Below, in pieces: positions 38,988 to 47,170 of a stretch of 64,000 nucleotides of DNA. Under the pieces are notes generated by a model, which worked only from the letters and a program-made list of their open reading frames with translations, searched no databases and was not told the DNA's origin. Location of the stretch: the NCBI GenBank assembly GCA_000614405.2, contig GCA_000614405.2_3612.1; one strand, given 5' to 3'. The stretch's first letter is position 1. Every line of letters starts with the position of its first letter. Origin of the DNA: Escherichia coli O157:H7 str. 2011EL-2287 (lineage in GTDB: Bacteria; Pseudomonadota; Gammaproteobacteria; Enterobacterales; Enterobacteriaceae). The position numbers and the translations under genes were made by a program.

Positions 38988-39376
38988 TGAAAAATATTTG
39001 GGATATTGATATCTTTGAAGCCTCTAAGCTTGACGGTGCTGATGGAGTGATTATGGTGTCTGATGGCAAGGCAACACTAACTTCCGGAGATATCATCTAT
39101 GCCTTGGACGAGCTGGCGCTTCTGAAGTCTACCGGTAACACTCTAGAGGAGCGTCTTCAAGGCTTCGCCTTCAAAGAAGGCACAAATACCGCCATGATGT
39201 GCACCACACGGACAGTTCAGGTGGGTAACGGTGTCTATATGATCATTGCTGTGTGTCCTAAATTCAGCAACGTCAACAAAGATGATACTGACGCTGTCAA
39301 CGATGTGGTTGTTCTCTTCGTTGGTGACGCTATGGCAGATCTGATGAATGCAGGAGAGGCAGCAAATGAAGACTGA
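38987..39376 (+). CDS. hypothetical protein
   Basis: ATGA start-stop overlap. Confidence 0.4.
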   Translation: MKNIWDIDIFEASKLDGADGVIMVSDGKATLTSGDIIYALDELALLKSTGNTLEERLQGFAFKEGTNTAMMCTTRTVQVGNGVYMIIAVCPKFSNVNKDDTDAVNDVVVLFVGDAMADLMNAGEAANED

Positions 39377-39668
39377 AAACATCACCCCCGCAGGGTTCTT
39401 AAAAGTATACCGTGAACTGCTATACACTACAGAGGACAGTATTCTAGAGTATCCAGAGTATCTTTTGCTGTATAAGTATCTGCAGGAGGCTGGTGAAAAT
39501 CTGCCAGTTAGTGCAGAAGGTGGTCCGAACTGGATATACAGCGCATGGAGAAAGGTTGACATTCTCCCAGACCCAGGTAAAGATATGGTAGTTTGGCAGC
39601 TTATCAACAACATCGGGATTCCAATCTTTGATGAAGCTGTTAAAATCTATTTTGAACTTGACGATTAA
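39366..39668 (+). CDS. hypothetical protein
   Basis: ATG after GGAGAGG RBS (ORF track start 39348). Confidence 0.4.
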   Translation: MKTENITPAGFLKVYRELLYTTEDSILEYPEYLLLYKYLQEAGENLPVSAEGGPNWIYSAWRKVDILPDPGKDMVVWQLINNIGIPIFDEAVKIYFELDD

Positions 39669-39685
39669 TATCAGGAGACCTTAAG

Positions 39686-39931
39686 ATGGCTGAAGTAGTT
39701 GCTCGCGCAGGACAGAAAGTACGTTGTGTGGAAGTAGGTTTTGGTGGCAAAGGGTGTCAAAACTTGACTCAAGGTAAGGAATACGCTGTTATTTCTGGTG
39801 GTGGCGACGAGAGTATTGTGTTCGAGGGCCACATCCTGGATGCTGAAAACTTTGAAATCTTTGACGACGATGGAGATCCGATCACCTGCCTGCTGGACGG
39901 GAATTGGGGAACTTTCGAAGTGATTGGCTAA
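39686..39931 (+). CDS. small paralog-family protein
   Basis: GKEYAVIS...FDDDGDPITC pattern; RBS AGGAGA. Confidence 0.4.
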   Translation: MAEVVARAGQKVRCVEVGFGGKGCQNLTQGKEYAVISGGGDESIVFEGHILDAENFEIFDDDGDPITCLLDGNWGTFEVIG

Positions 39932-40014
39932 CAAATACCTATTGTAATTTACAGAAGGGGATGCTAAAATAGTGTCTCCTTCTATGTTGTTCAAATAAAA
40001 TCGGAGATTCCATA

Positions 40015-40380
40015 ATGGAACAAATGAACGATCAAGCGTCGGTTGCGATGAACGAGCAAGAACAACCTCAAGAATTTTTCTTAGGGTTAAGTAAAGATCA
40101 AGTGTCTCTTCTGCTAGTGCTTTCTTCTTTCATGGGAAGACTTCAGGAGCTCACACAACAGCCAGAGGCTGAACAATTATTCCAAGCTTTGCGTGAAGAA
40201 GAAAAATATCGTCGTTTGGACTATGCCTTAGGTTGGGTAGCTCAACAACGGGATATGCTGATGGCCCTCTCTGGGACCACAAGTTTTGCAATGGGCCTGT
40301 TGGCTCAAGTTCAGGACAAATTAATTCAAGCAGGGTTCGCACACACGGCAAGCACTAACGAAGAACAAGGAGACAAATAA
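40015..40380 (+). CDS. hypothetical protein
   Basis: ORF with RBS GGAGA. Confidence 0.4.
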   Translation: MEQMNDQASVAMNEQEQPQEFFLGLSKDQVSLLLVLSSFMGRLQELTQQPEAEQLFQALREEEKYRRLDYALGWVAQQRDMLMALSGTTSFAMGLLAQVQDKLIQAGFAHTASTNEEQGDK

Positions 40381-41606
40381 TGAGCGTTATTCAACAATTC
40401 GCTAACCCAATGAATCCGCGTGAAACTGTTTTACTAGCTCACGGCATGATTAAACGTGTTAGCATCAAGCCTATTAAAGGTGCTGATCCTACAACAGGTA
40501 TTAAAACCACTGTGTGGCAAGGTAAGAAAATTGAATCCAGCCACACCATCTCTTTACTGATTTCTGAACTGGATTCCTCTGATAACCTGCTTCAAGGTGG
40601 TGAAGAAGTCTGGATCAGCATGGGTGATAAGCTGCTTAAACCCGGTCATCAAGACTCTGTCTCTGTTAAGATTGATGACAAGTGGGAAACCGTAACGCCA
40701 GGATGGATCGTAAATATCCCTTTGAAGGCAAACGAGCATAACGGTAAGACCTATTACAAGGGCTCACTGGCTAAGATGGTTAAGCTGGGTGCAGGAGAGG
40801 CTCCAGCAGCGACTCAGCAGCAAAAACAGCAACAAGGTGCACAATCACAAGGCCAGAAGCAGAAACCTCAGCAGAATGCCAATCAGGACGTTTTACGCAT
40901 CTATGGTGATGTGACTCAGATTGTTGGCAACGTGGTTACTGTTAATGACCACAAGATTGGCGAAGGTGCTATGGTTGTAACTGATGAGCAGCTTAAAGAC
41001 CTGGTGGTAGGTGGTCGTGTTGCAGCCATTGTTGACAAAGACACCGGAAACATTATCAGTGGTTTCAAGGCCTATCCTCCTAAGGCAGAGAACGGCACTC
41101 AAGGATCTGGTGGCAAGCGTAAATCCTCTTACGACCCTATCGGTGTGGAAACGGGGCATAGCATCAATGCGTTGCAGATCATCCTGGATCGCGGGTTTAA
41201 GGTAGACGACCCACTGGGCGTGGCTAAAACACTGCACGTAGTCACCATTGAGCTTAAGAAAGAGTATGCTCAAGCCACCAACCGAACTGAAGATGAAGTA
41301 GGTGCCAGTGTCGGTAATGCGGTGTTGAACGCTTGTCGCCGTATTGACAAGAAAACGAAAGTTGATGATTTTGCAGCGGCAATTACTGCAGAAGCAAAAG
41401 ATGTCTTGACTAATCTGGCTGAACCGTTGTACGATTGGATCAAGAACGGTGCTGGGTCAACCGACCATCAAGAACCTCAGGCTGCCAAACAGGAAGCAGC
41501 TCCACAGCAAAACACTGTAGACGCTCCTCCTGTAAATGATGCGGAAGATGACCCAATGGATCAGAATCCAGCACAGTACGCCTTTGATGATGACATCCCT
41601 TTTTAA
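40380..41606 (+). CDS. ssb: single-stranded DNA-binding protein
   Basis: C-terminal acidic tail ...AFDDDIPF identical in form to bacterial SSB tail; Gln/Gly-rich linker; replication-module context. Confidence 0.6.
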   Translation: MSVIQQFANPMNPRETVLLAHGMIKRVSIKPIKGADPTTGIKTTVWQGKKIESSHTISLLISELDSSDNLLQGGEEVWISMGDKLLKPGHQDSVSVKIDDKWETVTPGWIVNIPLKANEHNGKTYYKGSLAKMVKLGAGEAPAATQQQKQQQGAQSQGQKQKPQQNANQDVLRIYGDVTQIVGNVVTVNDHKIGEGAMVVTDEQLKDLVVGGRVAAIVDKDTGNIISGFKAYPPKAENGTQGSGGKRKSSYDPIGVETGHSINALQIILDRGFKVDDPLGVAKTLHVVTIELKKEYAQATNRTEDEVGASVGNAVLNACRRIDKKTKVDDFAAAITAEAKDVLTNLAEPLYDWIKNGAGSTDHQEPQAAKQEAAPQQNTVDAPPVNDAEDDPMDQNPAQYAFDDDIPF

Positions 41607-41621
41607 CAATTAGTTAACATA

Positions 41622-41650
41622 GCCCTGCCCGAAAGGGTGGGGCATTTTTG
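41622..41650 (+). terminator. rho-independent terminator (copy of 31199 terminator)
   Basis: Hairpin GCCCTGCCC-GAAA-GGGTGGGGC + ATTTTTG. Confidence 0.6.
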
Positions 41651-41668
41651 TATAAGGAGATCTGAAAA

Positions 41669-42085
41669 ATGACATTAGAAGATATCATTGTTAAACCTGA
41701 GAACTATGACCAATACAACCTGTCAACTCAATCTGTAGACCTCGGATGCGCCACAGTCAGTGCATGGCTGGTTAACGGAAAAGAGCTTGACGAGTGCCTG
41801 GAAGCACACATGTCGGTGAATAAATTTCTTGATGAAAATACCCACTGGATAGAGGGTGCAGGAGTATATGCTTCATGGTTGGAGAGTATGGGATTCGACT
41901 ACCAATCTGAAGAGGGGTGGTGGAGCTATTTAGCTGTCTGCCCAGAGACGCTGCAATGCTTCATGAAATATTCTGAAGATTTGGAGTACCGGGCGGTGGT
42001 TGATAGTGCCATTGCCCGTTATAGCCGTAAACCTTTTTCCCACGACATTAAAACTGTGGAAGAATTTGTTGAAGTTTTCTGTTGA
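41669..42085 (+). CDS. hypothetical protein
   Basis: ORF with RBS AAGGAGA. Confidence 0.4.
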   Translation: MTLEDIIVKPENYDQYNLSTQSVDLGCATVSAWLVNGKELDECLEAHMSVNKFLDENTHWIEGAGVYASWLESMGFDYQSEEGWWSYLAVCPETLQCFMKYSEDLEYRAVVDSAIARYSRKPFSHDIKTVEEFVEVFC

Positions 42086-42181
42086 CACAGGTTGAAAGGT
42101 GTGCAATTATAACTTCATATAACGGGAGGACGCGATGAACGAAGAAAACTGGGATGTATAACTAACAGGAGGCCACTGCCC

Positions 42182-42379
42182 ATGATTTATCGAATCCGTG
42201 TAAGAGAAGACGCACCAGGCTGTTACTTTGACTGGCGTGGGTGGTGGTTTCTCCACCCAATGGATGGACTCACAGATAGAATGCTGGATGCTGCCCTTTA
42301 CACAGATACCGACATAGAATATAATCTCTATCTGAAGGACGGTATAGATAACGGCCTGTTTGAAGCAATTCCTGTGTAA
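42182..42379 (+). CDS. hypothetical protein
   Basis: ORF with RBS AGGAGG. Confidence 0.35.
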   Translation: MIYRIRVREDAPGCYFDWRGWWFLHPMDGLTDRMLDAALYTDTDIEYNLYLKDGIDNGLFEAIPV

Positions 42380-42447
42380 GAGACTGTGATAACTATGTTT
42401 TATGATCTTCCTGTAGCGCCACCACCTGTTGAACCCGGAGAACTAAG

Positions 42448-42873
42448 ATGATCTATGAAATGCCAAAACTGATTCGTGACGATGCCCAAAACGCTCACAC
42501 CATTATTATGGGCAAACGCATGGATATTATTTGTCATAAAGATTTCTGGGAAGGAAGTTACTTCACAGAGTATTTTGGTAAACTGGACAATGGTCTGCTG
42601 ATCCAGTTCTACACCGATGCGGAAAACAATATCTGCTGGGAGTTCGAAACTGAAGATATCCATAAACTTTTCACCTTCCTCGGTATTAAGGTTGAGGCCA
42701 AGTTTGAAGAAGGTGAGTGCGACGATTGTGGATTCTACGAGGTAACAGATTTCTACCTCCCGAGCGGTGAGAACCTTTACTATGAAAGCCACTTCGGTAA
42801 CTCCAATATGCCACAGTGCTGGACTGAGTTTTTTGAAATTGCGGAAGAGGAGCTGGCATACCGTGATTATTGA
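42448..42873 (+). CDS. hypothetical protein
   Basis: ORF immediately upstream of macro-domain gene. Confidence 0.4.
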   Translation: MIYEMPKLIRDDAQNAHTIIMGKRMDIICHKDFWEGSYFTEYFGKLDNGLLIQFYTDAENNICWEFETEDIHKLFTFLGIKVEAKFEEGECDDCGFYEVTDFYLPSGENLYYESHFGNSNMPQCWTEFFEIAEEELAYRDY

Positions 42874-42922
42874 TACTGTAGGGGGAGATCTAATCTCTCT
42901 TTTCAAGAAAGGGTCGGGCCAC

Positions 42923-43321
42923 ATGATCCACGGTTGTAACTGCTTTCACACAATGGGTGCAGGCATAGCGAAAGACATTGCCCGTGAGTTCCCTCAAGCA
43001 CTGGCAGCCGACAAAGAGACTGCTTATGGTAATCTAGACAAGCTGGGTATGTTTTCTTGTTGGGAGCATTTTGCCAAGAACAGGGCCGTATATGGAATCA
43101 ACCTGTATACCCAGTTCTACCCAGGGCCCAATGCTGAATACTTCTCAATCATGAAAGGTTTTGAGCGAGTCAACGAGGTATTCAAAGGTGTGTCATTGCC
43201 GTTCTACATTCCTAAAATCGGATGCGGTATTGGCGGTCTAAAGTGGGAACATGTAGAAGATGTAATTAATCTTGCAACCACAGATATTGATGTGGTTGTA
43301 GTAGAGTACAAAAAGTGTTGA
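42923..43321 (+). CDS. macro-domain (ADP-ribose binding/processing) protein
   Basis: HGCNCFHTMGAGIAKDI and IPKIGCGIGGLKW resemble macro-domain Gly-rich loops; start uncertain (ORF track frame opens at 42767). Confidence 0.55.
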   Translation: MIHGCNCFHTMGAGIAKDIAREFPQALAADKETAYGNLDKLGMFSCWEHFAKNRAVYGINLYTQFYPGPNAEYFSIMKGFERVNEVFKGVSLPFYIPKIGCGIGGLKWEHVEDVINLATTDIDVVVVEYKKC

Positions 43322-43375
43322 CGACCATCTTCTGAGGTGATATAGTCTCCACAACAACTAAGAGAGGAGAGCACT

Positions 43376-43546
43376 GTGGAGACTAAAATCTTAATTCTTG
43401 CTGTGGTAGATACAACCGAAGGAGCTATATTCGAATCTGCAGGAGGGTATTTCTACCTACCATACGGAAAAAGAACTTCCGAGCCAAGTAAAGATTCAAT
43501 CCGCAAAGTGTTCCCGTGTGCTTTCTGGCTGGAGATTTTGGTATAA
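43376..43546 (+). CDS. small hypothetical protein (56 aa, GTG start)
   Basis: Below ORF-track threshold; strong RBS AGAGGAGAG 7 nt upstream of GTG. Confidence 0.3.
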   Translation: METKILILAVVDTTEGAIFESAGGYFYLPYGKRTSEPSKDSIRKVFPCAFWLEILV

Positions 43547-43572
43547 GATTGCAGAGGATTTGGGAGAGAATT

Positions 43573-43767
43573 ATGAGAAACAAGAAAGAGCTTTACTCTG
43601 GTGAGTGGATCAACGATCAACAGGTGGGAGAGGTAACCTGCTTCCGATGTTTTACCAGGTACAATCTTAAAACTGCACCAAAAAGTGTTCCAAAGACTGA
43701 TGGTTATTACATAAAAGAACCTTATTGCCCAAAATGTAAATGCCGATTATACTGGAGTAACCTGTAA
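43573..43767 (+). CDS. zinc-ribbon protein
   Basis: CFRC ... CPKCKC cysteine pairs; ATG after GGGAGAG RBS. Confidence 0.4.
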   Translation: MRNKKELYSGEWINDQQVGEVTCFRCFTRYNLKTAPKSVPKTDGYYIKEPYCPKCKCRLYWSNL

Positions 43768-43830
43768 AAGATTGACATCTGAAAACTGCAGTGTATAATA
43801 TATGCATAAACTAACAGAGAGTGATGTATT

Positions 43831-44022
43831 ATGGTAATTTTTAACCGGGATGGTATCATAGTTAGACAGCACCCGTTCCTTGAATACTATCAAATTGAGC
43901 AATGGTGCTACGGGGATTGCAGTCACTCCTATGGGCAAAGTTGGGGATATCGTACAGTTTTTGAATCCACAGACCTTGACAAAGTAAGACAGAAAGTTTT
44001 AGAACTTATTAACAACAAGTGA
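43831..44022 (+). CDS. hypothetical protein
   Basis: ORF with RBS. Confidence 0.35.
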   Translation: MVIFNRDGIIVRQHPFLEYYQIEQWCYGDCSHSYGQSWGYRTVFESTDLDKVRQKVLELINNK

Positions 44023-44029
44023 GTATGAT

Positions 44030-44362
44030 ATGGTAACATTAGAAAGACGTAAAGCTATCGCCGCCACACTGGCAGACATCTTTTGGGAGTGCAATTTAAA
44101 AGATACTAGATATTGTGGCGCATCTGTAGATGCATTGTTCCCACGGCCTACTATTGTTGCAATGGGCAACCTGCTCGATGTGGTATATGGAGCATGGGAC
44201 AAGGAAGGTGGATTCTATATCTGGCAACCTGACTACGGGACTTGGAAAGAGGTTAGTGGTTCTTCGGACTTCACTCCTGCAGTGGCTAAAATGGATGGCT
44301 GGAAAATCTATGTCGGTAACGACATGGAACTGAAAGGCGAAATTGTTTACTGGTTACCTTAA
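44030..44362 (+). CDS. hypothetical protein
   Basis: ORF in operon. Confidence 0.4.
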   Translation: MVTLERRKAIAATLADIFWECNLKDTRYCGASVDALFPRPTIVAMGNLLDVVYGAWDKEGGFYIWQPDYGTWKEVSGSSDFTPAVAKMDGWKIYVGNDMELKGEIVYWLP

Positions 44363-44383
44363 GAAAGTCCAGGAGATAAAGTT

Positions 44384-44629
44384 ATGAACAAAGGGTGGAC
44401 ATTTGTAGACGGCGTTAAAAACATGCCTCTAGGAAAGTATATTGTAGCCATGGCAGATGAGAATGGCAATGTGGATTTCGGAGCTTGCGAGGTTGTTCTT
44501 GCAGGATCTGGTAACTATGTGGACAAAACCGGGATAATTAACGGTCAGTTCTACTTTGATCACAACCCTGTTGTAGCGTATATGGCTATGCCAGAGTTCA
44601 AGTTCCCAAAGGAGGGTGCAGATGTTTAA
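44384..44629 (+). CDS. small paralog-family protein
   Basis: RBS AGGAGA; beta-rich small protein. Confidence 0.4.
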   Translation: MNKGWTFVDGVKNMPLGKYIVAMADENGNVDFGACEVVLAGSGNYVDKTGIINGQFYFDHNPVVAYMAMPEFKFPKEGADV

Positions 44630-44819
44630 GCTTAAATCTGCATGGAACATCGCTGTGGGGGACGAGATCCGTATCCCAGGTGGAAAGACCATTATGAAGA
44701 TATCTCGTATCGAGTACGAAGGTGATCGTGTATTTCATATCTTTGCAGAGGATGGTCGAGAAATTTATATACAGGCAGGCTCTCACATCTATATTCGTAA
44801 GAAAGGGGACGACAAATGA
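44616..44819 (+). CDS. small paralog-family protein
   Basis: Overlaps upstream stop; AEDGREIYIQAGSHIYI pattern. Confidence 0.35.
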   Translation: MQMFKLKSAWNIAVGDEIRIPGGKTIMKISRIEYEGDRVFHIFAEDGREIYIQAGSHIYIRKKGDDK

Positions 44820-45145
44820 CAGAGATCATCATTTCAACTGCAGGGTATGTGTTCCTGACAATCATTGCACTGACCATTCTGGTGGTGGTATATGGAATTG
44901 TTATTCTCCCTATTCTTGAGACAATTAGTTTGTGTCGGTGTTGGAGAAAGGCTTACGGTCCACAGCCGTGGAAGGACTGGCCCCACCTGGTGCACATAGC
45001 GTTCTCTTATGCTTATGATCACGCCAGCAGTGCATGCATAACCGGGTATCACGCCCACAACTGGAGCTGGGAAGGGTTGAGGAAATGGAATGTTACAAAG
45101 ACCATACCTCTGCGCATGTACAAACCTAAAAACAAAGACAGCTGA
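44816..45145 (+). CDS. membrane protein
   Basis: N-terminal hydrophobic helix FLTIIALTILVVVYGIVILPIL; ATGA overlap. Confidence 0.4.
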   Translation: MTEIIISTAGYVFLTIIALTILVVVYGIVILPILETISLCRCWRKAYGPQPWKDWPHLVHIAFSYAYDHASSACITGYHAHNWSWEGLRKWNVTKTIPLRMYKPKNKDS

Positions 45146-45454
45146 TACTTGAAAATTCCTGGCATATCAAGTATAAGGGGGATTTCTAAAATGGATTTCC
45201 TCCTTTTGATATTTCACCGGGCCGGATATTTTAAAATTCTTAGAAAATCAGAAAATGGATCGAAAACTAAAATGGATTTTTCAGAGTAGGCGCGACAAGC
45301 TGAATAACTCATCCTATCGTTTGCACCATATTCCAGACCACCATTATAGATTTCCCGCACATGCTTACATCTCGCTACTAGAACTTCCTCCACTTACCCT
45401 TGACCTTTTATAGCAATAATCCAACCACTATCTTGAAGTTGCGGTGCAGCTTTC

Positions 45455-45620
45455 CAGGTACTCGATCTGTTTTTCGTTTCAAAGATTGAATTTTCTGAAA
45501 ATTTTTCTCGATAAATTTCTCAGTACTCGATCTGTTTTTCGTTTTCTGAATCGGATTTTCTGGAAATCGCTCCGGCTCTTGGCCTAAACTTTTTGGGGAC
45601 GAAATCGATTTTTCGTTTTC
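45455..45620. repeat. direct repeats (CAGGTACTCGATCTGTTTTTCGTTT x2 plus related CGAAATCGATTTTTCGTTTTC)
   Basis: Near-identical 25-bp copies at 45455 and 45521; related copy at 45600; AT-rich non-coding context. Confidence 0.5.
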
Positions 45621-45747
45621 AGAAATGGATTTTTAAAATTTCTATATGGGAATATTTTAGTGGATACTATTTTATAGGAAATTGTTACGGAGGGTAATTA
45701 GCGTGCTAATTAAATTTATTAAATGCGAGGAGTTCTCATTTAGAATT

Positions 45748-45766
45748 TTGAATGATAATCATTCTC
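45748..45766. promoter_or_regulatory. Fur-box-like operator (copy 1)
   Basis: TTGAATGATAATCATTCTC matches the Fur consensus GATAATGATAATCATTATC at 15/19. Confidence 0.45.
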
Positions 45767-45780
45767 GTTTGCAGAATAAC

Positions 45781-45821
45781 GGGCAGGCCCGGTGATTGTC
45801 TCCCGGCCCCTACTGCCCCGG
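45781..45821 (+). repeat. GC-rich structured element (copy 1)
   Basis: GGCAGGCCCGGTGATTGTCTCCC core shared with 45921 and, inverted, 54594. Confidence 0.5.
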
Positions 45822-45883
45822 CTTGTTATTATAGTAACACACAGGACAAAGAAAGCAAGAAGTTTTTGCATAAATTTTTAGAC

Positions 45884-45902
45884 GATAATGATAATCGTTC
45901 TC
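45884..45902. promoter_or_regulatory. Fur-box-like operator (copy 2)
   Basis: GATAATGATAATCGTTCTC matches Fur consensus at 17/19; overlaps a GATAAT -10-like hexamer with TTGCAT 18 nt upstream. Confidence 0.5.
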
Positions 45903-45920
45903 ATTTCATGCAGCGCCCAT

Positions 45921-45957
45921 CCCCGGTGGTTGTCTCCCCCGTCACCGGTGCCTGCCG
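45921..45957 (+). repeat. GC-rich structured element (copy 2)
   Basis: CCGGTGGTTGTCTCCCCCGTCACCGGTGCCTGCCG; internal inverted repeat CCGGTG/CACCGG. Confidence 0.5.
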
Positions 45958-46164
45958 TCCTTTCGATAGGTATATTTTGCCACCTGGCGGGGCCGCTGTC
46001 AACACTTTTCAAAAAAAAAAATTTCTAACCTGATGCGCTGACCGCTGCAACCTGGCGGGGCCAGCCTGGCAGGGCCTAACTGACCAGGTAGGAGAGAATG
46101 AAGGCTTGCAAACCTGGTGGGCCTATGCTATAGGATAGGTAACAATTGAAGAGGAGGTACAAAA

Positions 46165-46341
46165 ATGGAAGGTAATATGATCCCCCTGGAAAATGTAGCT
46201 ATTAATGACGCTGAGGCTATCGCCCTGGTTGAAAAGGCTATGGCGGGAGCGTTGGAACATAAAGAAGAGTACGAAAAAATGATGGTTAACCTGGCAGGGG
46301 CGGCGGCTGGAGAATTCTACCCAAAAAATAATTTTAACTAA
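46165..46341 (+). CDS. small hypothetical protein (58 aa)
   Basis: Below ORF-track threshold; strong RBS GAGGAGG before ATG. Confidence 0.45.
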   Translation: MEGNMIPLENVAINDAEAIALVEKAMAGALEHKEEYEKMMVNLAGAAAGEFYPKNNFN

Positions 46342-46344
46342 TGG

Positions 46345-46373
46345 TTGACAGCTCGGACAGTTCTTGTTATTCT
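46345..46373 (+). promoter_or_regulatory. sigma70-like promoter
   Basis: TTGACA-N17-TATTCT upstream of 46429 gene. Confidence 0.5.
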
Positions 46374-46428
46374 TATCCTCGCAAGGTGAACAACACCACA
46401 CCAATTAACAGAGAGGATAAAAAAAATC

Positions 46429-46626
46429 ATGAACGCCTACGGAATTAAAGTACGTCGCAACACTCGCCAGGTGGTCACCAATCAAGTGATTTGCCGGGTG
46501 GATGTAACCATCAACAACGGGCAAGGCCTTTATAAATTTCGTCGCGGTCATAGCTATACCCTGCAACAGCTTAACCGTTGCGCCCTGACAAAAGGTCAGA
46601 TCAACCACTGGTTTAATAAAAAATAA
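46429..46626 (+). CDS. hypothetical small basic protein
   Basis: RBS AGAGGA; own promoter. Confidence 0.45.
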   Translation: MNAYGIKVRRNTRQVVTNQVICRVDVTINNGQGLYKFRRGHSYTLQQLNRCALTKGQINHWFNKK

Positions 46627-46628
46627 TG

Positions 46629-46657
46629 TTGACATATGGTCTGACACAAAATACACT
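46629..46657 (+). promoter_or_regulatory. sigma70-like promoter
   Basis: TTGACA-N17-TACACT upstream of 46690 gene. Confidence 0.5.
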
Positions 46658-46689
46658 GAAATCGCAAAAGACACTAAGAGGATAAAATC

Positions 46690-47088
46690 ATGAAAACCAC
46701 TACCTTTAATTTTGATAATGCGGACTTTTCTTTTTCTGATGTCAAGAACTGCCGCCGTGATCGTGGATTTTACAAGGCTTATAATCTGGTGGGCCTGGAC
46801 GATGACAATAATTTGCACGAAGTAGCTGAGATCCGGTATTATGCCGCCGCCAGTGGTAACACTCACTACTGCGTGTTTTGGATTCACGACAACAAGAACA
46901 ATAAGTACGGTTATACTGGCGGCAAGGCGAGCGGTCACGGTTACGATAAAGCTAACGCAGCACTTGAGAGTGCATTAAATGCTATGGGGATCACTGCCGA
47001 CGGCTGGATCTACGAAGAAGAGTTTTTGTCGGCACTTGCTGACCACCTGGGCTATAAAAAGCACATTGTGACATGCGCCCACGAATAA
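46690..47088 (+). CDS. hypothetical protein
   Basis: RBS AAGAGGA; own promoter. Confidence 0.5.
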   Translation: MKTTTFNFDNADFSFSDVKNCRRDRGFYKAYNLVGLDDDNNLHEVAEIRYYAAASGNTHYCVFWIHDNKNNKYGYTGGKASGHGYDKANAALESALNAMGITADGWIYEEEFLSALADHLGYKKHIVTCAHE

Positions 47089-47102
47089 AAATCATTGACA
47101 CG

Positions 47103-47130
47103 CTGCAAAATTTAAGTAAACTAGACACAA
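47103..47130 (+). promoter_or_regulatory. sigma70-like promoter
   Basis: TTGACA-N16-TAAACT then leader hairpin GGCGGGAA-TGT-TTCCCGCC. Confidence 0.5.
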
Positions 47131-47170
47131 AAGGCGGGAATGTTTCCCGCCAGCACAAAGGAAAAAGATC

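Noticed and set aside
45752-46033. ORF-track ORF of 93 aa
   Set aside because: Lies entirely over the Fur-box/GC-element repeats, has no RBS and a low-complexity Pro/Gly-rich translation
45982-46076. CTGGC-containing motif considered as a sigma54 promoter
   Set aside because: Does not fit the TGGCAC-N5-TTGCA spacing or sequence
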